From positions 1 to 64,000 of IMG/VR virus record IMGVR_UViG_3300042308_001511: a stretch of DNA of 64,000 bases; one strand, 5' to 3'. Positions 1 to 11,200 of the stretch are shown here, one piece after another. Numbering within the stretch: the stretch's first letter is position 1; every line of letters starts with the position of its first letter. The notes below the pieces were generated by a model, which worked only from the letters and a program-made list of their open reading frames with translations, had not been told where the DNA came from and searched no databases. Made by a program: the position numbers and the translations under genes.

Positions 1-1
1 A

Positions 2-469
2 GTTGGTGACTTACTAATATGTAACTCAAAAGGTCACAAAACTCTGACTTATGGTAAGATGTACCGTATCGAGGATCTCATATCTAAAAAGAACAAATAC
101 TACGTAGAGAAAAAGATAAAACTCGAGGGTGTTCCTAGATCATTCTCGTTCAACAACTGGAACTGGCGGAAACTCACAAAAGATGAACAAAGAGATATAC
201 ATTTATTAGAAGTTCTCGATAACCAAACACCAGATATAGTAAAGGAGGTTATAAGAGATAAATTCTCGGCAATGCCTAATCCGGAAGTTGAATTATTCAA
301 GGCTATAAGTGAGTCTATGGTTGACCGTAAAAGACACCACTTTGGATTGGTGGAGTGGTATTGTAGAACAACACCAGGTAAGAGGATGAATGCAAAACCT
401 GAGGACTTTGATAGAATAATGGATATGTCACTACGTGAAATTATTGAATTGATTGATGAGACAAAATAA
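2..469 (+). CDS. Hypothetical phage protein, 5'-truncated by the window edge
   Basis: Frame is open from nt 2 (VGDLLICNSKGHKTLTYGK-MYRIEDL...) and is followed by a terminator hairpin. Confidence 0.7.
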   Translation, partial: VGDLLICNSKGHKTLTYGKMYRIEDLISKKNKYYVEKKIKLEGVPRSFSFNNWNWRKLTKDEQRDIHLLEVLDNQTPDIVKEVIRDKFSAMPNPEVELFKAISESMVDRKRHHFGLVEWYCRTTPGKRMNAKPEDFDRIMDMSLREIIELIDETK

Positions 470-494
470 AAAAACGGACATTTGTCCGTTTTTT
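468..494. terminator. Bidirectional intrinsic terminator
   Basis: aaaaaaacggaca-tt-tgtccgtttttt inverted repeat with A/T tails between convergent genes. Confidence 0.8.
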
Positions 495-511
495 ATTAAA
501 GATTAATAAAT

Positions 512-541
512 AAAAAAGTCGCATAATTTTATGCGACTTTT
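512..541 (-). terminator. Intrinsic terminator of the S1-like gene
   Basis: aaaaaagtcgcataa-tt-ttatgcgactttt inverted repeat right after the stop codon. Confidence 0.75.
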
Positions 542-544
542 GTT

Positions 545-1672
545 TTATTTGTCCATTGTTAAGAATATCTTTCTCGATGATCTATCTACGGAAAGAACTT
601 TAACTTTTACGGATTGGCCAGCAGTGAATTTCTTACCGATTTTTTCCATCTCAGATGTGTGTATCAATCCTATGGTCTCATCGTCTAAGTTAACAAGTGT
701 TCCGAATTGCTTAGAGTCTTTCACTGTTCCTTCAATAACTTGACCGTTTTTGATTGTGTCCCATAACGTCTCTCTCAAAATTTGAGTAAGTATTATTTTG
801 TCTCTTGAGTGATCTCCTTTGTTGTTCTTAACAACTTCTTTTATATAGAAGTCAATTTCAAAACCAGGTTTTATCTCATTTAGTTTCTCTTGCCAATCTG
901 GATGAACGTTAGCTTTATGTATCATTCCTGTTAGACACGTGTCGAATTCTACGAATACTCCGAATGGTGTAGTTCCTGTTACGTGACCGGTGTATACTTT
1001 ATTGAACTCAAGTTCTTTTATTGCTTCCGGTATAAGTGTTTGTAGATATTTTCTTCTCGAAACTATGTAAGTTTTCTCATATTCTGAGAATGATTCAATC
1101 GCAACCTCGATAGATGTTCCAACAATTGAGTTTGGATCATAGAGTTTGTTTATTCCTGCTAATGTGTTAGGCATAAATCCTGGTAGTGTAACTCCACCAT
1201 TGTGGATTTCCATTTCGTATCCAGCAGGGTTTAGTGCTTTCACAATTGCAATTACTGATGCACCTTCACCTAAAGATTTGAGGTTTTCGTGTGCTCTGGA
1301 CTCATAAAGTGTTGAAATACTACCTCTGATTATGTAGTTATTGTTGTTGTTAACCTCAACTACCAAAACGTCAATCTCGTCACCAACTTCTGTATTTTTG
1401 AGGTATCTTGATTCGTTGTTCCTGTTATCTACTCTTACATAGTCTTTGTATCCAGGTACTTCGAACACAAAATGATCGTCATTAGAGCCAATGTATTTGG
1501 CAGAGACAACATTTCCTCTTTCAGGAAGTTTTATGTCCATCGTGTCGTATAGTTTCGACATTTCGATGTACTCTTTGGTGAGCCTTCTGGCTGCCATAGA
1601 TTTTTTCTTCCCTAATCTGTTATCATCCTCAAAGAGGTATGCCAGATCTTCGTTTCCAATTTTAGTCTGCAT
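545..1672 (-). CDS. rpsA: Ribosomal protein S1-like protein (about 4 S1/OB repeats)
   Basis: Repeated S1 motifs: GHVTGTTPFGVFVEF...GMIHKAN, GTVKDSKQFGTLVNL...GLIHTSEM...GQSVKVKVLSVDRSSRKIFLTM, IVSRRKYL. Confidence 0.85.
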   Translation of the reverse strand: MQTKIGNEDLAYLFEDDNRLGKKKSMAARRLTKEYIEMSKLYDTMDIKLPERGNVVSAKYIGSNDDHFVFEVPGYKDYVRVDNRNNESRYLKNTEVGDEIDVLVVEVNNNNNYIIRGSISTLYESRAHENLKSLGEGASVIAIVKALNPAGYEMEIHNGGVTLPGFMPNTLAGINKLYDPNSIVGTSIEVAIESFSEYEKTYIVSRRKYLQTLIPEAIKELEFNKVYTGHVTGTTPFGVFVEFDTCLTGMIHKANVHPDWQEKLNEIKPGFEIDFYIKEVVKNNKGDHSRDKIILTQILRETLWDTIKNGQVIEGTVKDSKQFGTLVNLDDETIGLIHTSEMEKIGKKFTAGQSVKVKVLSVDRSSRKIFLTMDK

Positions 1673-1724
1673 GTTTTTATTTTTTAGTGTTATGATGTTT
1701 ATATTACTTTTACCGAACTTGTTT

Positions 1725-2111
1725 TTAGTTTCTTCTGTTTATTTTAGATCTTCTCATATAATCTCTCAACCTTGCTGCTTCTTCGTACTTTTCTTCTATT
1801 AGGAATCTGTCTAATTTTTCGTTCAGGTATTCCTCTATTTCATCGGGTGTCCTGGTTCTTTTCTCCTCAAATAGTGATTCGTAGTATTCGTTCATACTTG
1901 ATATATCTGCGAAATATATCACTGGTAGGTTTTTAGATGATCCACCTTCTTCACTTTTTAAATCAGGTAGTTTACCACTCCTAGTCACCGATTCTATGAA
2001 TTCTTCGGTTAGTGCGGAGTTCTCTATTAGGTATTTTGCTAGATGGTACGGTCTATTCTTAAACATCTTTAGAAGTATTACAAGGTTTCTGTAAATTTCC
2101 TCTCTTTCCAT
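1725..2111 (-). CDS. UVR (UvrB/UvrC-motif) domain protein
   Basis: C-terminal LDRFLIEEKYEEAARLRD matches the UVR coiled-coil motif. Confidence 0.7.
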   Translation of the reverse strand: MEREEIYRNLVILLKMFKNRPYHLAKYLIENSALTEEFIESVTRSGKLPDLKSEEGGSSKNLPVIYFADISSMNEYYESLFEEKRTRTPDEIEEYLNEKLDRFLIEEKYEEAARLRDYMRRSKINRRN

Positions 2112-2140
2112 AAGAGTTATATTTTTGTCTAATACGAAGT

Positions 2141-2830
2141 TTATATTTTCTCGAAGTAGAGATTGAAGAAGTAGTCAAATTTGAATTGAGAACTATGTTG
2201 TAGTTGATCAAATAAAATCCTTATATTATTCTGGTTGAAGTCTGATATTGTCTGGAATTTGTTCGTTTTATTTACATCCATTACAACAGAAGGTGACCAT
2301 TTATTTTGATATCTAAGTACACTCTGACTTCTTAAATCCACATATTCTACATATAAGTCCACTCTAACAAGTGAATAACGATTATTTACGTTTAGTTCAA
2401 CGTATTTTTTAACAGCAGTATCTATGTCATTGTATATTGTCATCTGTGTCCTAACACCCTCAAGAGTTCTGTTACTTTTAAGTTTAGCGAATAAGTATTC
2501 ATTTAGTATTTTTGACACATTTATGTCAATTATCCACCTTGTGTTTTTTTCTTTCTTACTTTGTGTTTGTGTATCATCTATGGTGATTGTATGATTCAAA
2601 CCCATACTATCCGCAGATGAGTATAATTTAGGTGGAAGTGTGGTTTCCGTTACTTTGTCTATCTGTTCACCATTAAATCTTTGATTCCATATCATATTCT
2701 CGTTACCTATAAGCAAAGAGTCTTCAACCTCGAGCATCTTTGCACCAAAGAATGTACTCTCTTCGGACATACTTAATGTTCCGTTTACCTTTTTATAAAC
2801 ATATTCTGGTGAAATGTAGTTACGTCTCAT
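2141..2830 (-). CDS. Hypothetical protein, probably virion-associated
   Basis: 229-aa ORF overlapping the upstream ORF by 4 nt, in an operon with large structural-type genes. Confidence 0.65.
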   Translation of the reverse strand: MRRNYISPEYVYKKVNGTLSMSEESTFFGAKMLEVEDSLLIGNENMIWNQRFNGEQIDKVTETTLPPKLYSSADSMGLNHTITIDDTQTQSKKEKNTRWIIDINVSKILNEYLFAKLKSNRTLEGVRTQMTIYNDIDTAVKKYVELNVNNRYSLVRVDLYVEYVDLRSQSVLRYQNKWSPSVVMDVNKTNKFQTISDFNQNNIRILFDQLQHSSQFKFDYFFNLYFEKI

Positions 2831-3162
2831 TTGTTAGTCTCTATATAGTATTCCAAATCCCATGTGGATTTGAATATGAAGAAGTCTGAGTATGCGTATC
2901 CAAACTCATCCAACATTGGATATATCGAGTTTGTATCCTTTACCTCTGCTAGTTTGAGTACACTACTCAGTCTGTTTACTTTTCTAAACTTCCTTTCCTT
3001 TATCATACCGAAGTTTGTCAATGTTGTATCGAATGTATAATTACCCTGTAGAGGTCTAACATATGAGACCTTTTCGGTGTAGTTTTTAGTAGTACTAAAG
3101 AAAGTGGCTGCCATACTTTTTATTCTATTTATTATATGCTTATCCGTGTAGCGGATAAGCAT
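2827..3162 (-). CDS. Hypothetical protein, possibly the detached C-terminus of the 1698-aa protein
   Basis: 111-aa ORF in the same frame as the upstream gene, after TAA TAA ATA. Confidence 0.55.
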   Translation of the reverse strand: MLIRYTDKHIINRIKSMAATFFSTTKNYTEKVSYVRPLQGNYTFDTTLTNFGMIKERKFRKVNRLSSVLKLAEVKDTNSIYPMLDEFGYAYSDFFIFKSTWDLEYYIETNK

Positions 3163-3168
3163 TATTTA

Positions 3169-6100
3169 TTATGAGTAAATAAATACTCCGTTTATATTAT
3201 ATTTTTTCTCTTGTATCGTATTCACTGTGTAGTATCCGTTGTTTGCTGTTAATCCCAATACGTCTTTAACAATGACATTCGTTGCCACACCTTTTTGTTT
3301 TCCTAAGTAGTAGTCTGTTATCGAGAAAGCCGCACCATCTACAGAGAATTCATATGGTGGGTTTCCTCCAGTCGCACCTAATTGGAGGTTGTATGTGTTT
3401 ACTGACGGATCGAACGCATCATAAATGTCCATAGTAAGTTTAGGATACACTTGCATTAGTCCAATTGTTACGTAACCTGCACTAGCCGGATACTTTATCT
3501 GAAGTCCTTTATGTCCATTTTGAAATGATTCGATAATTTCCTCGTTTGTTATAGCTCTTTCATAAAATCTAATAGAATGTATTGCACCATTGAGAACACT
3601 AGTAGGAATTGTATCTAAATTCGTAAAATCTAAAGGTCCGCCAATTGTGAATTTAGTTTCTGATGTAATGGATTTACCCGCTACATTAGTAGTGTTTATG
3701 TGTGTTAGTGAAGTTGAATCGTCTGTTGTTTGATTTCGACCATCTACGTAAACCTCTAATGTTGTAATTCCATTTTTATCAGTTACTCTGAATAATAAGT
3801 GGTACCATACGTCTACTTCCAATATCGGTTCAGAATAAACTGAACCATCTAATAAATTACCTGTACTACTTTCAAACTTTGTTGTCATAAAAGCTCTACC
3901 TGCCTCGAATCCGAATAAAGTCTGACCATCACCAACAAACACTCTGTAAGATTGAACGTCGTTAGACTTTACTATGAATTCATAACTCCTGGATAATGAA
4001 TCTAAAAGTATTTTATTGGTCACCATCAGTGATTTTGCCGATGATCCACCATATATTTCTATATACTCACCCGGATACAAATCGGTTTTCTTCTTTTTTG
4101 GTGTATTAGAAGTTATTACTAATTCTGCATATCCTTCACCCGCAGTATCAAACCAAATACCTAATTCGGTGTTGAAATATCCTTCCTCGAGCTTGAAAAC
4201 TGACCCTTTAATTACATTTGAAAACTTATCTCTCACTTTATAGTGGAAGTCTATTCCGGTAACAGCTAATTCCAATTCGTCACTAACCTGTTTTAGATAT
4301 TCCAATGAGGTACTATAGGATGCACTAGGATATAAAGTTATCGATTGTTCGGTAAATGAACCGTTCATACCTATTGTAAGTGTGACATTCTGTGTTGTAC
4401 TTAGTTCAAACGATAAATCTATTACGTTATAAAACACTGGGTTGTCCGAATTGAATAACTCAACTTCATAGAATAATGGCATATAGTTACCACCGAATCT
4501 ATATATTTTATTATCCTTTATGTTTATAGTATTTCCGTAATTTACATACTCTACAATGTTGTTTTCGGTTTTTATTATCTCGGCACCTATGTTAGTTCCA
4601 TTGTAATAGTTAAGCTGATCAGTATTACTTATTTTACTATCTATTAGAACTTTACCAGGTTTGAGTTTTATTTGGTTTACTGCTAAATATTCTAAAGAGT
4701 CTATTCTTACATTAAGGCTCTCCGGTCTTTCTGCAACAATAATGAATGGTAGATTTTCCAGTCCATCACCGAATTTGTATTCACTAACTTCACCATTCTC
4801 CTTAATTACAATGTATTTTAGGTAGTCCGAAAAACCACCCTTTCTCGATAAATCATTTATACAATTTATAAAGTTAGATGCAATCAATGTATTAGATGTT
4901 TTATTATAAAGTTTATCTCTTTCGGTATTTTTTAAATTCGGTATTGTGTTGTCGTTTACATATATGTTAACGAGTATATTTTTATACTTTTTGTTTATGA
5001 ATATATTAATACCACTCTCAAGAGTAGAACTTCCTGGATTACTTATCATCCGGTAGATTGAGTTGTTAAGATATACGTAAGGATTTCTTGTCTTTGTATA
5101 AATCAAATCTGTATCTGCTACAAAACTATAAATTCGAGTCCACAATGACGAATTAGATGGAATTGTCCCTGATGGAATGTTTATACTACTATTCATATTA
5201 GCATAAAGAACATCTTTGTAAACTACATAGGACATACCAACGTATTGTTTGTTTGGAAGCCATAGATTGATTATAGACCATTTCATATTTGAAAAGTCAC
5301 TTTCGGAAATTGACCAGAATTTTTCTCCAGGTATGTAAATATTATTATCTATATCTGAAGTCCAAAACTTTTTATCATAGTATACTTTGACACCTTTTGT
5401 GTAACCTAACCTTATATGTCTTCCAGATCCTTCAGGCACTTCAATTGTACGCATTGCCAATATAGGATTCCAAAAATCAATTTTTCCCATATCATTCGAT
5501 AAGTAAAAATAATTACCATCTTTGTAGACAACGTCGAACTTGTTGTACCTACCAGACTTCTCAACCATCTTTTGTGGTTGCCAAAAAACATTTCCTATTT
5601 TATCATCTTTAGTTTCCGAATAGAGAACCCAATCTCCTGCACCAGATGTAAGAACATCACCTTTGATGTTCGTCATAGCATTTATGTCTTTATTTGCAAT
5701 CTGTGCCATCAGATTATGTGGTGCTGTGCGAACCTTTTCTACTCCACCACTTTTATTTTTAGCGAGTGTTATGTATAAGTCTTGACAAATTGTGTCTGTT
5801 GTTGCTCTGTATAATACACCACCACTTATGACTATTTCGTTTTTTTTATAGTTTTTTTTAGGTGACCATTCCTCTATAACATCCCAAATCATTCCGTTAT
5901 CTTCTGATGTCAGAAGTATAGAAAATTTATAATCTTCAAATGTGTTTCTTATTGATGTGTTTATTACGTCTATCTTTCCGTTGTTGAATTTTATATTACC
6001 AACGTCATAGATAGAAAATTTTATTCCCCTGAATAATGTATAATTCGGAGTTCCTACATCACCTTTTAGAAATTCAGAGTATTTTCGAGTTTTCTTCTGG

Positions 6101-8265
6101 ACTAAACCGTTTTCGAAAATTGATATTTGATTAAAAATACTATCGAAGTAATCTATCTCACCACTATGTGTTCCGGTTTTATCAGTATACGTAGTCTTTC
6201 CATAGTATCTATCGAAGTCGAATTTGTAGTCGTAGTCAACATCCGTTCCTAAGTTACCCTGTATATGTAGTGAATGAAATACATAAGAGTTTGATGGTGG
6301 GTTAACTGTATAAAAGTAATCTAAATTTCTACTTTGTCGGGAAGGAAGATGATAAAAACTATCGGTAGTTCGATTGAAATTTTCTAATATATCTGAGTTG
6401 TTTGCACAATACGGATAATCGTACGCAGATAGTGATCCTTCGTAACACCACCTACAATATACCGGATTCTTCCTCCATAATTGTGATACCTCTCCAAAAT
6501 CAACTTTGAACGTCTCTTGGTTTGCAGTATATTCAGAAGATACTGGTATATTAACTACCTTATTTTTATAGATATAGTCATCTAAAAGCTGAGGTCTCGT
6601 CTCAGTATTTAGGTCTGTGAAGTAAAGTTTTGTCTCCTCGGTCTCTGATATTTCATCCTTTAGTTCATATTCAAATTTTGACAATTCAGTTTCGATAATT
6701 CTTGTATCAAAGTCCTTTATATCGGTGAATTTTATCCTATAAATTGGAAAGTATATTGGTGCGTTATTCGAATCTACCGCAAAAGATGCAGTTTTTGTGT
6801 ATGCTGAATTGTTTTTGTTAACATAGTATTTATAAGTATCTTTCCCGAACTCGAATTTGTGGTCACAATTTACTTTTATACCAGAACCTTGTTTTACTAA
6901 TTTGTGATATACACCATCTATTTCAACCACCCAAACATCCGCTCTTTCGAAGTCATCTATTGTATGATAACTTCCATTTTCGTTCAAAATCATATTGTTG
7001 GAATCTATTATTCCGTAGTTTGAGTTTAACATAGATTCTTTCCCACTCAAATCTGCGTCGGATATTATTCTCCATTTATCAACAAATGTACTTGTTTTCT
7101 CATCGGTTGAGTAGTTACCACCTATTTCATTGCCTATGTCTTCCATTATGACATTCGAACTTACTACATCACCAAATTTATTTTTACTTAAACTAAAGTT
7201 ATTTTGAGTATCTGTTTCTACTTTCTTTACAGATGCTTTCATCTCGTAGATGAACTTCTCTACTTTATAGTATTTGTTTTCCAATTCTACGTAGTAAACC
7301 TTATCATCTGACCAACCTTCTAAAAAAGGAATTCCTGATGGAGAGTTTAGTATATTTCCTTCAATTATCTCTACGTCCGTTCTTAGTTTAGGTGGCATAT
7401 ATGGTGATATTGATGAAACCATATCCATTGAATCTAAATAAAATCCGTAGTATCTATTTATAGACCATTTCCTCAATGAATATTCATCCGCCGGTGTATC
7501 ATCAAATAGAAAGTTTAGGTTAAGTATGTTCGGAAAAACAATTTTATTATTCAGATATCCATCAAATATCAATTTTTCGAATTCGAATATCTCCTGTTCG
7601 TTAGTGAGTGTATCATCCATAAAAAGAGATTTTGTGATGTATCCACCCGATTCAAAATCTATTCCATTCCATTTCGAAAATTCTAAAGTATCGTAACTCA
7701 TTTCGAACGGTGTATCTGGGAAGAATTCATTTTCGTTAAAGTTTATGTTTAACCATTCTCCTAATGGTGTCTTTTTACTTAAGTCAAAAAGACTTACAAC
7801 TTTCATTTTATCTAATATCTCAGATTTGAAGTTATCTTTGTCTAATTTAACAATTCCTGGACCATCAACTCTAAATATTATGAAGTTTGATGGAAGTTTG
7901 TTTCTGAAAATATAGAGTGGTGCAAAGTACTCGTACTCTTCAGCGTAGTTTTTATTGTTAGTTATGTTTTTCGCACCGTATTGGTATATTTCGTCAAACT
8001 GGTCTACGAACTCTGTTGACATCGAGTCCGAGTCCATATCATATTTTATATGATATGCTGTACTGGACGGAAGCCCTTTATAGAAGTACGGTATCAATTC
8101 GTCATAATAGTTCGATTTGTTGAAAACGACTTTTTTATATCTGGATAGGGATAGTTCTGGCATAGAGTCTATACTCTCCAGACTAAGTCCGTAGTCTTTC
8201 TCGACAACAATCTTAACATTTGTAGTGAGGCCCGGATTTGTCCTCATTATGGCGAAACTTTTCAA
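3169..8265 (-). CDS. Large putative virion (baseplate/tail) protein with a C-terminal LamG/ConA-like domain
   Basis: 1698 aa, TTG start; WYHLLFRV...LEVYVDG...FTIGG...LNGAIHSIRFYERAITNEEI is a LamG signature; W-x-P-x-K-x-Y-type repeats. Confidence 0.7.
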   Translation of the reverse strand: MKSFAIMRTNPGLTTNVKIVVEKDYGLSLESIDSMPELSLSRYKKVVFNKSNYYDELIPYFYKGLPSSTAYHIKYDMDSDSMSTEFVDQFDEIYQYGAKNITNNKNYAEEYEYFAPLYIFRNKLPSNFIIFRVDGPGIVKLDKDNFKSEILDKMKVVSLFDLSKKTPLGEWLNINFNENEFFPDTPFEMSYDTLEFSKWNGIDFESGGYITKSLFMDDTLTNEQEIFEFEKLIFDGYLNNKIVFPNILNLNFLFDDTPADEYSLRKWSINRYYGFYLDSMDMVSSISPYMPPKLRTDVEIIEGNILNSPSGIPFLEGWSDDKVYYVELENKYYKVEKFIYEMKASVKKVETDTQNNFSLSKNKFGDVVSSNVIMEDIGNEIGGNYSTDEKTSTFVDKWRIISDADLSGKESMLNSNYGIIDSNNMILNENGSYHTIDDFERADVWVVEIDGVYHKLVKQGSGIKVNCDHKFEFGKDTYKYYVNKNNSAYTKTASFAVDSNNAPIYFPIYRIKFTDIKDFDTRIIETELSKFEYELKDEISETEETKLYFTDLNTETRPQLLDDYIYKNKVVNIPVSSEYTANQETFKVDFGEVSQLWRKNPVYCRWCYEGSLSAYDYPYCANNSDILENFNRTTDSFYHLPSRQSRNLDYFYTVNPPSNSYVFHSLHIQGNLGTDVDYDYKFDFDRYYGKTTYTDKTGTHSGEIDYFDSIFNQISIFENGLVQKKTRKYSEFLKGDVGTPNYTLFRGIKFSIYDVGNIKFNNGKIDVINTSIRNTFEDYKFSILLTSEDNGMIWDVIEEWSPKKNYKKNEIVISGGVLYRATTDTICQDLYITLAKNKSGGVEKVRTAPHNLMAQIANKDINAMTNIKGDVLTSGAGDWVLYSETKDDKIGNVFWQPQKMVEKSGRYNKFDVVYKDGNYFYLSNDMGKIDFWNPILAMRTIEVPEGSGRHIRLGYTKGVKVYYDKKFWTSDIDNNIYIPGEKFWSISESDFSNMKWSIINLWLPNKQYVGMSYVVYKDVLYANMNSSINIPSGTIPSNSSLWTRIYSFVADTDLIYTKTRNPYVYLNNSIYRMISNPGSSTLESGINIFINKKYKNILVNIYVNDNTIPNLKNTERDKLYNKTSNTLIASNFINCINDLSRKGGFSDYLKYIVIKENGEVSEYKFGDGLENLPFIIVAERPESLNVRIDSLEYLAVNQIKLKPGKVLIDSKISNTDQLNYYNGTNIGAEIIKTENNIVEYVNYGNTINIKDNKIYRFGGNYMPLFYEVELFNSDNPVFYNVIDLSFELSTTQNVTLTIGMNGSFTEQSITLYPSASYSTSLEYLKQVSDELELAVTGIDFHYKVRDKFSNVIKGSVFKLEEGYFNTELGIWFDTAGEGYAELVITSNTPKKKKTDLYPGEYIEIYGGSSAKSLMVTNKILLDSLSRSYEFIVKSNDVQSYRVFVGDGQTLFGFEAGRAFMTTKFESSTGNLLDGSVYSEPILEVDVWYHLLFRVTDKNGITTLEVYVDGRNQTTDDSTSLTHINTTNVAGKSITSETKFTIGGPLDFTNLDTIPTSVLNGAIHSIRFYERAITNEEIIESFQNGHKGLQIKYPASAGYVTIGLMQVYPKLTMDIYDAFDPSVNTYNLQLGATGGNPPYEFSVDGAAFSITDYYLGKQKGVATNVIVKDVLGLTANNGYYTVNTIQEKKYNINGVFIYS

Positions 8266-8296
8266 ACCAACTATTTTTTTTTATTCATACTTTTTA

Positions 8297-11200
8297 TCAA
8301 GGATTTAAATCGTTCTTGATTATGTATGGTTGAGTGAATGACTTCTGTTTATATGCGGCAGTTCTATTCCTATTGATTATAAACGTTACCGTAAATTTGA
8401 AAGGTGTTTGATCTGATTGATTCTGTAACATAAATTTCACACTTTTTATGTGTTTAACTGACGTTTTAGATTCCGATAGATCCACATATTTGAATCCTTC
8501 ACCGTTTGCACTATTATCCAGAGCATTCAATTTGAAGAATATTTTTACCGGTATAGCAATATCATCACCAGCATTTAAACTTCTTGATTTTGATTGGTTC
8601 AACTCTCTTATATTATTAAGTGATGTTGTTACTGGAAGGACTGTTGTTAGCAGTTTTTGTCTTGAATCTGATTGTCCATCGGTGTCTATCCATTTAGAAT
8701 TCTCGGTTATCTTAAGGTTATTGCCTATAAAGGACATCTTAGTTGTGTCTCCGTATGCGATATTGTATTGTTCTGAACCGAGAGATTTTACAATTGAGTT
8801 ATTACCATTCTGTGTGAATTGATTTCCAATGTTCATACCCAAAGAATTACCTTTGTCATAATTAACCGACCAAACGAATTGGTTGTCCATCTGTGTTTTG
8901 GTAACACCTCCGTCTTCACTAACTATAAGGTTGTCATTGGTATCTAACCAGAATACCTGAGGTGAGTCTGATTTGAATATGTCTATGTTACTGGTATATT
9001 GACTACTAGAAAGTAGACCTAATGATGAGTCAGAAGATACGTTACTAACCTTTATAACAAATTTGTCTATTACGTATATGTTATTCTGATATACTCTGTT
9101 CTTACCAATATTTGTATCTTCGTAAGGTGTACAGAAGTCTTCACATTCTAAGTTGAATTTCGTTTCTGAACCATTTGAAACTACAACCTCTTTAGAACCA
9201 TCTTCTATTATAGAAACCTTTAATGTTCCTTTTGTCTGTTGTATCTTTTCTTCTAACATTTTTATTCTGTCTTGAAGAGATTTAAGATATTCGTATAAAT
9301 CTAATGCATTACCACTTGAGTCTGTGAACTCAGATAATATCTTGCTGGATTTATGATGAAATGTCTTATTACCTAATGTTGCTTGATCAGAAACGTGATC
9401 AGTTACGCCAATAGTTGCCAAATCAGTCATCACTGATGTTTTGAGCTCTTCTTTGTTGGCCTCACTCGCAATCGATTGGTTTTGGTTTATATTGTTAACC
9501 AACTCCGCAGGGAAGTCCATTTCCATTATATCTGACCAATCAGACTCAACTGGAGATTCTGGCCAACCCGCTTCAGAAATAGATTTTATTCTAAATTGAA
9601 CCTTTTCATTTGGTTGTATTGGTATATCTATCTGGTTTATATTTGGAATATCTGCATTTGATAAATCCTGTTTTTCCCAAGTGTATGCACTTGTAGATGG
9701 ATCGTAAAGTCTCCTTCTCGCAGGTGTTTTCATTTCATTCCAATTTGAGAACGCACCAGTGTTTTGCGTGTTGTCAATATTGAAAGTAGTAATCTGTGGT
9801 TCTCTACCATTGTTACTTAGATATTTGTACTGAACTAAAAATTGTACAATCTCTTGTGATTTTGTTCCGTTAACAATTGTAGGATCTGGTATTGACCAAA
9901 AACCTCTTATCGCAAATTTAGGATCAGACTTACTTAGTGGATTCTTAGAAAGATCCAATATTTCTTGAGTAACCGTCGACATAAGTTTGGACTTTGAGTC
10001 CCTTTTCCTTGTTAGGTCATCAATTTCGAGTTGTGCTTGTTTTTTTGCAGACTCGGATTTAAACTTCTCGACTTTGGCTTTTTTATTCCTATCTATTATA
10101 GCTTGGTTTAATTGCTCTATCTCTGACTTAAGTGTCTTCTGATAATTACTCTTTTGTCTCAATAATTTAGAGTCTGGTGTATCAGTTAGATGTGTATTGA
10201 CCTGAACCACATTGAAGTTTGTAGAAACTAATGTTGGTGATACCGGAGTTCCTGCTTGAGAGTTTGGTATCTTTTTTGCAACCATATCCTTCAATAATGT
10301 TCCGTAGTCATACACAAAGTTTGTGTAGTAATCTTCCATTATTGTTCCGTTACCAGTTGGACTATTTAGTGTAAGATCATTCGTATAAAAACCAGTTCCT
10401 GTACTCCAATCTTTTGACATTATATGGTTATCGTCGTTTATAGCTTTTGCAAAAACTATGTTCCTTTCGTTATATCCTATACTTATCTTTACCTTTTTGT
10501 TACTAATAACTGGTGAGTAAACTTTAAGTGTTCCGACACCTTGAACTATTGGATCCATACCTTCGATACGTTCCACTCTTATTCTGGGTAATGCCGCGGC
10601 CGTCGAAATTTCTATTACTTTGTATCGAGTGTTAGTCTTAGCCATATTAACTATAAGTTCACTTCCTACTTCTAACTTTGCAATACCACCTGTTGAATTA
10701 TCAATGTAGTCAAGTGTATTTAGAGGATACCACAATTTCCTGTTTATCCTGTCTTCGACTGGCTGACTAACCGAGAACTCTCCCATATATTTTAATTCGT
10801 TAGGTTCAAGTTCGAATATCTGTTCGTCTATCTTTGGATTCTGTCCGTCTGCTACACCCGGTGTAGACTTATGCCAAGTTTCGAAGTCTGTTATATTTAT
10901 TGAAGAACTTCTATATGCTGCGTTAAAACTATTTAGTGCTGATTGTCCCGTAGCGGTTAGATTACCAACTCCATCCCTTTCAAACTCTACTATGTACCTT
11001 CTTACTAATATTCTTCTAACGTTATCCTCTATTTGACTTTGTAAATCTATTTCAACAGATAACATTGGATTTAACATTGAGTCGAAAAACCAGTTGTTAC
11101 TGGCTTTGAATTGTGTAACTGATCCAAGTGTTGAGATTGCAGAAGGATCTCTGTTTAAGTCTACTGCTACAACTTTTTTAAAGTTACCTGGTGAAGTCTG

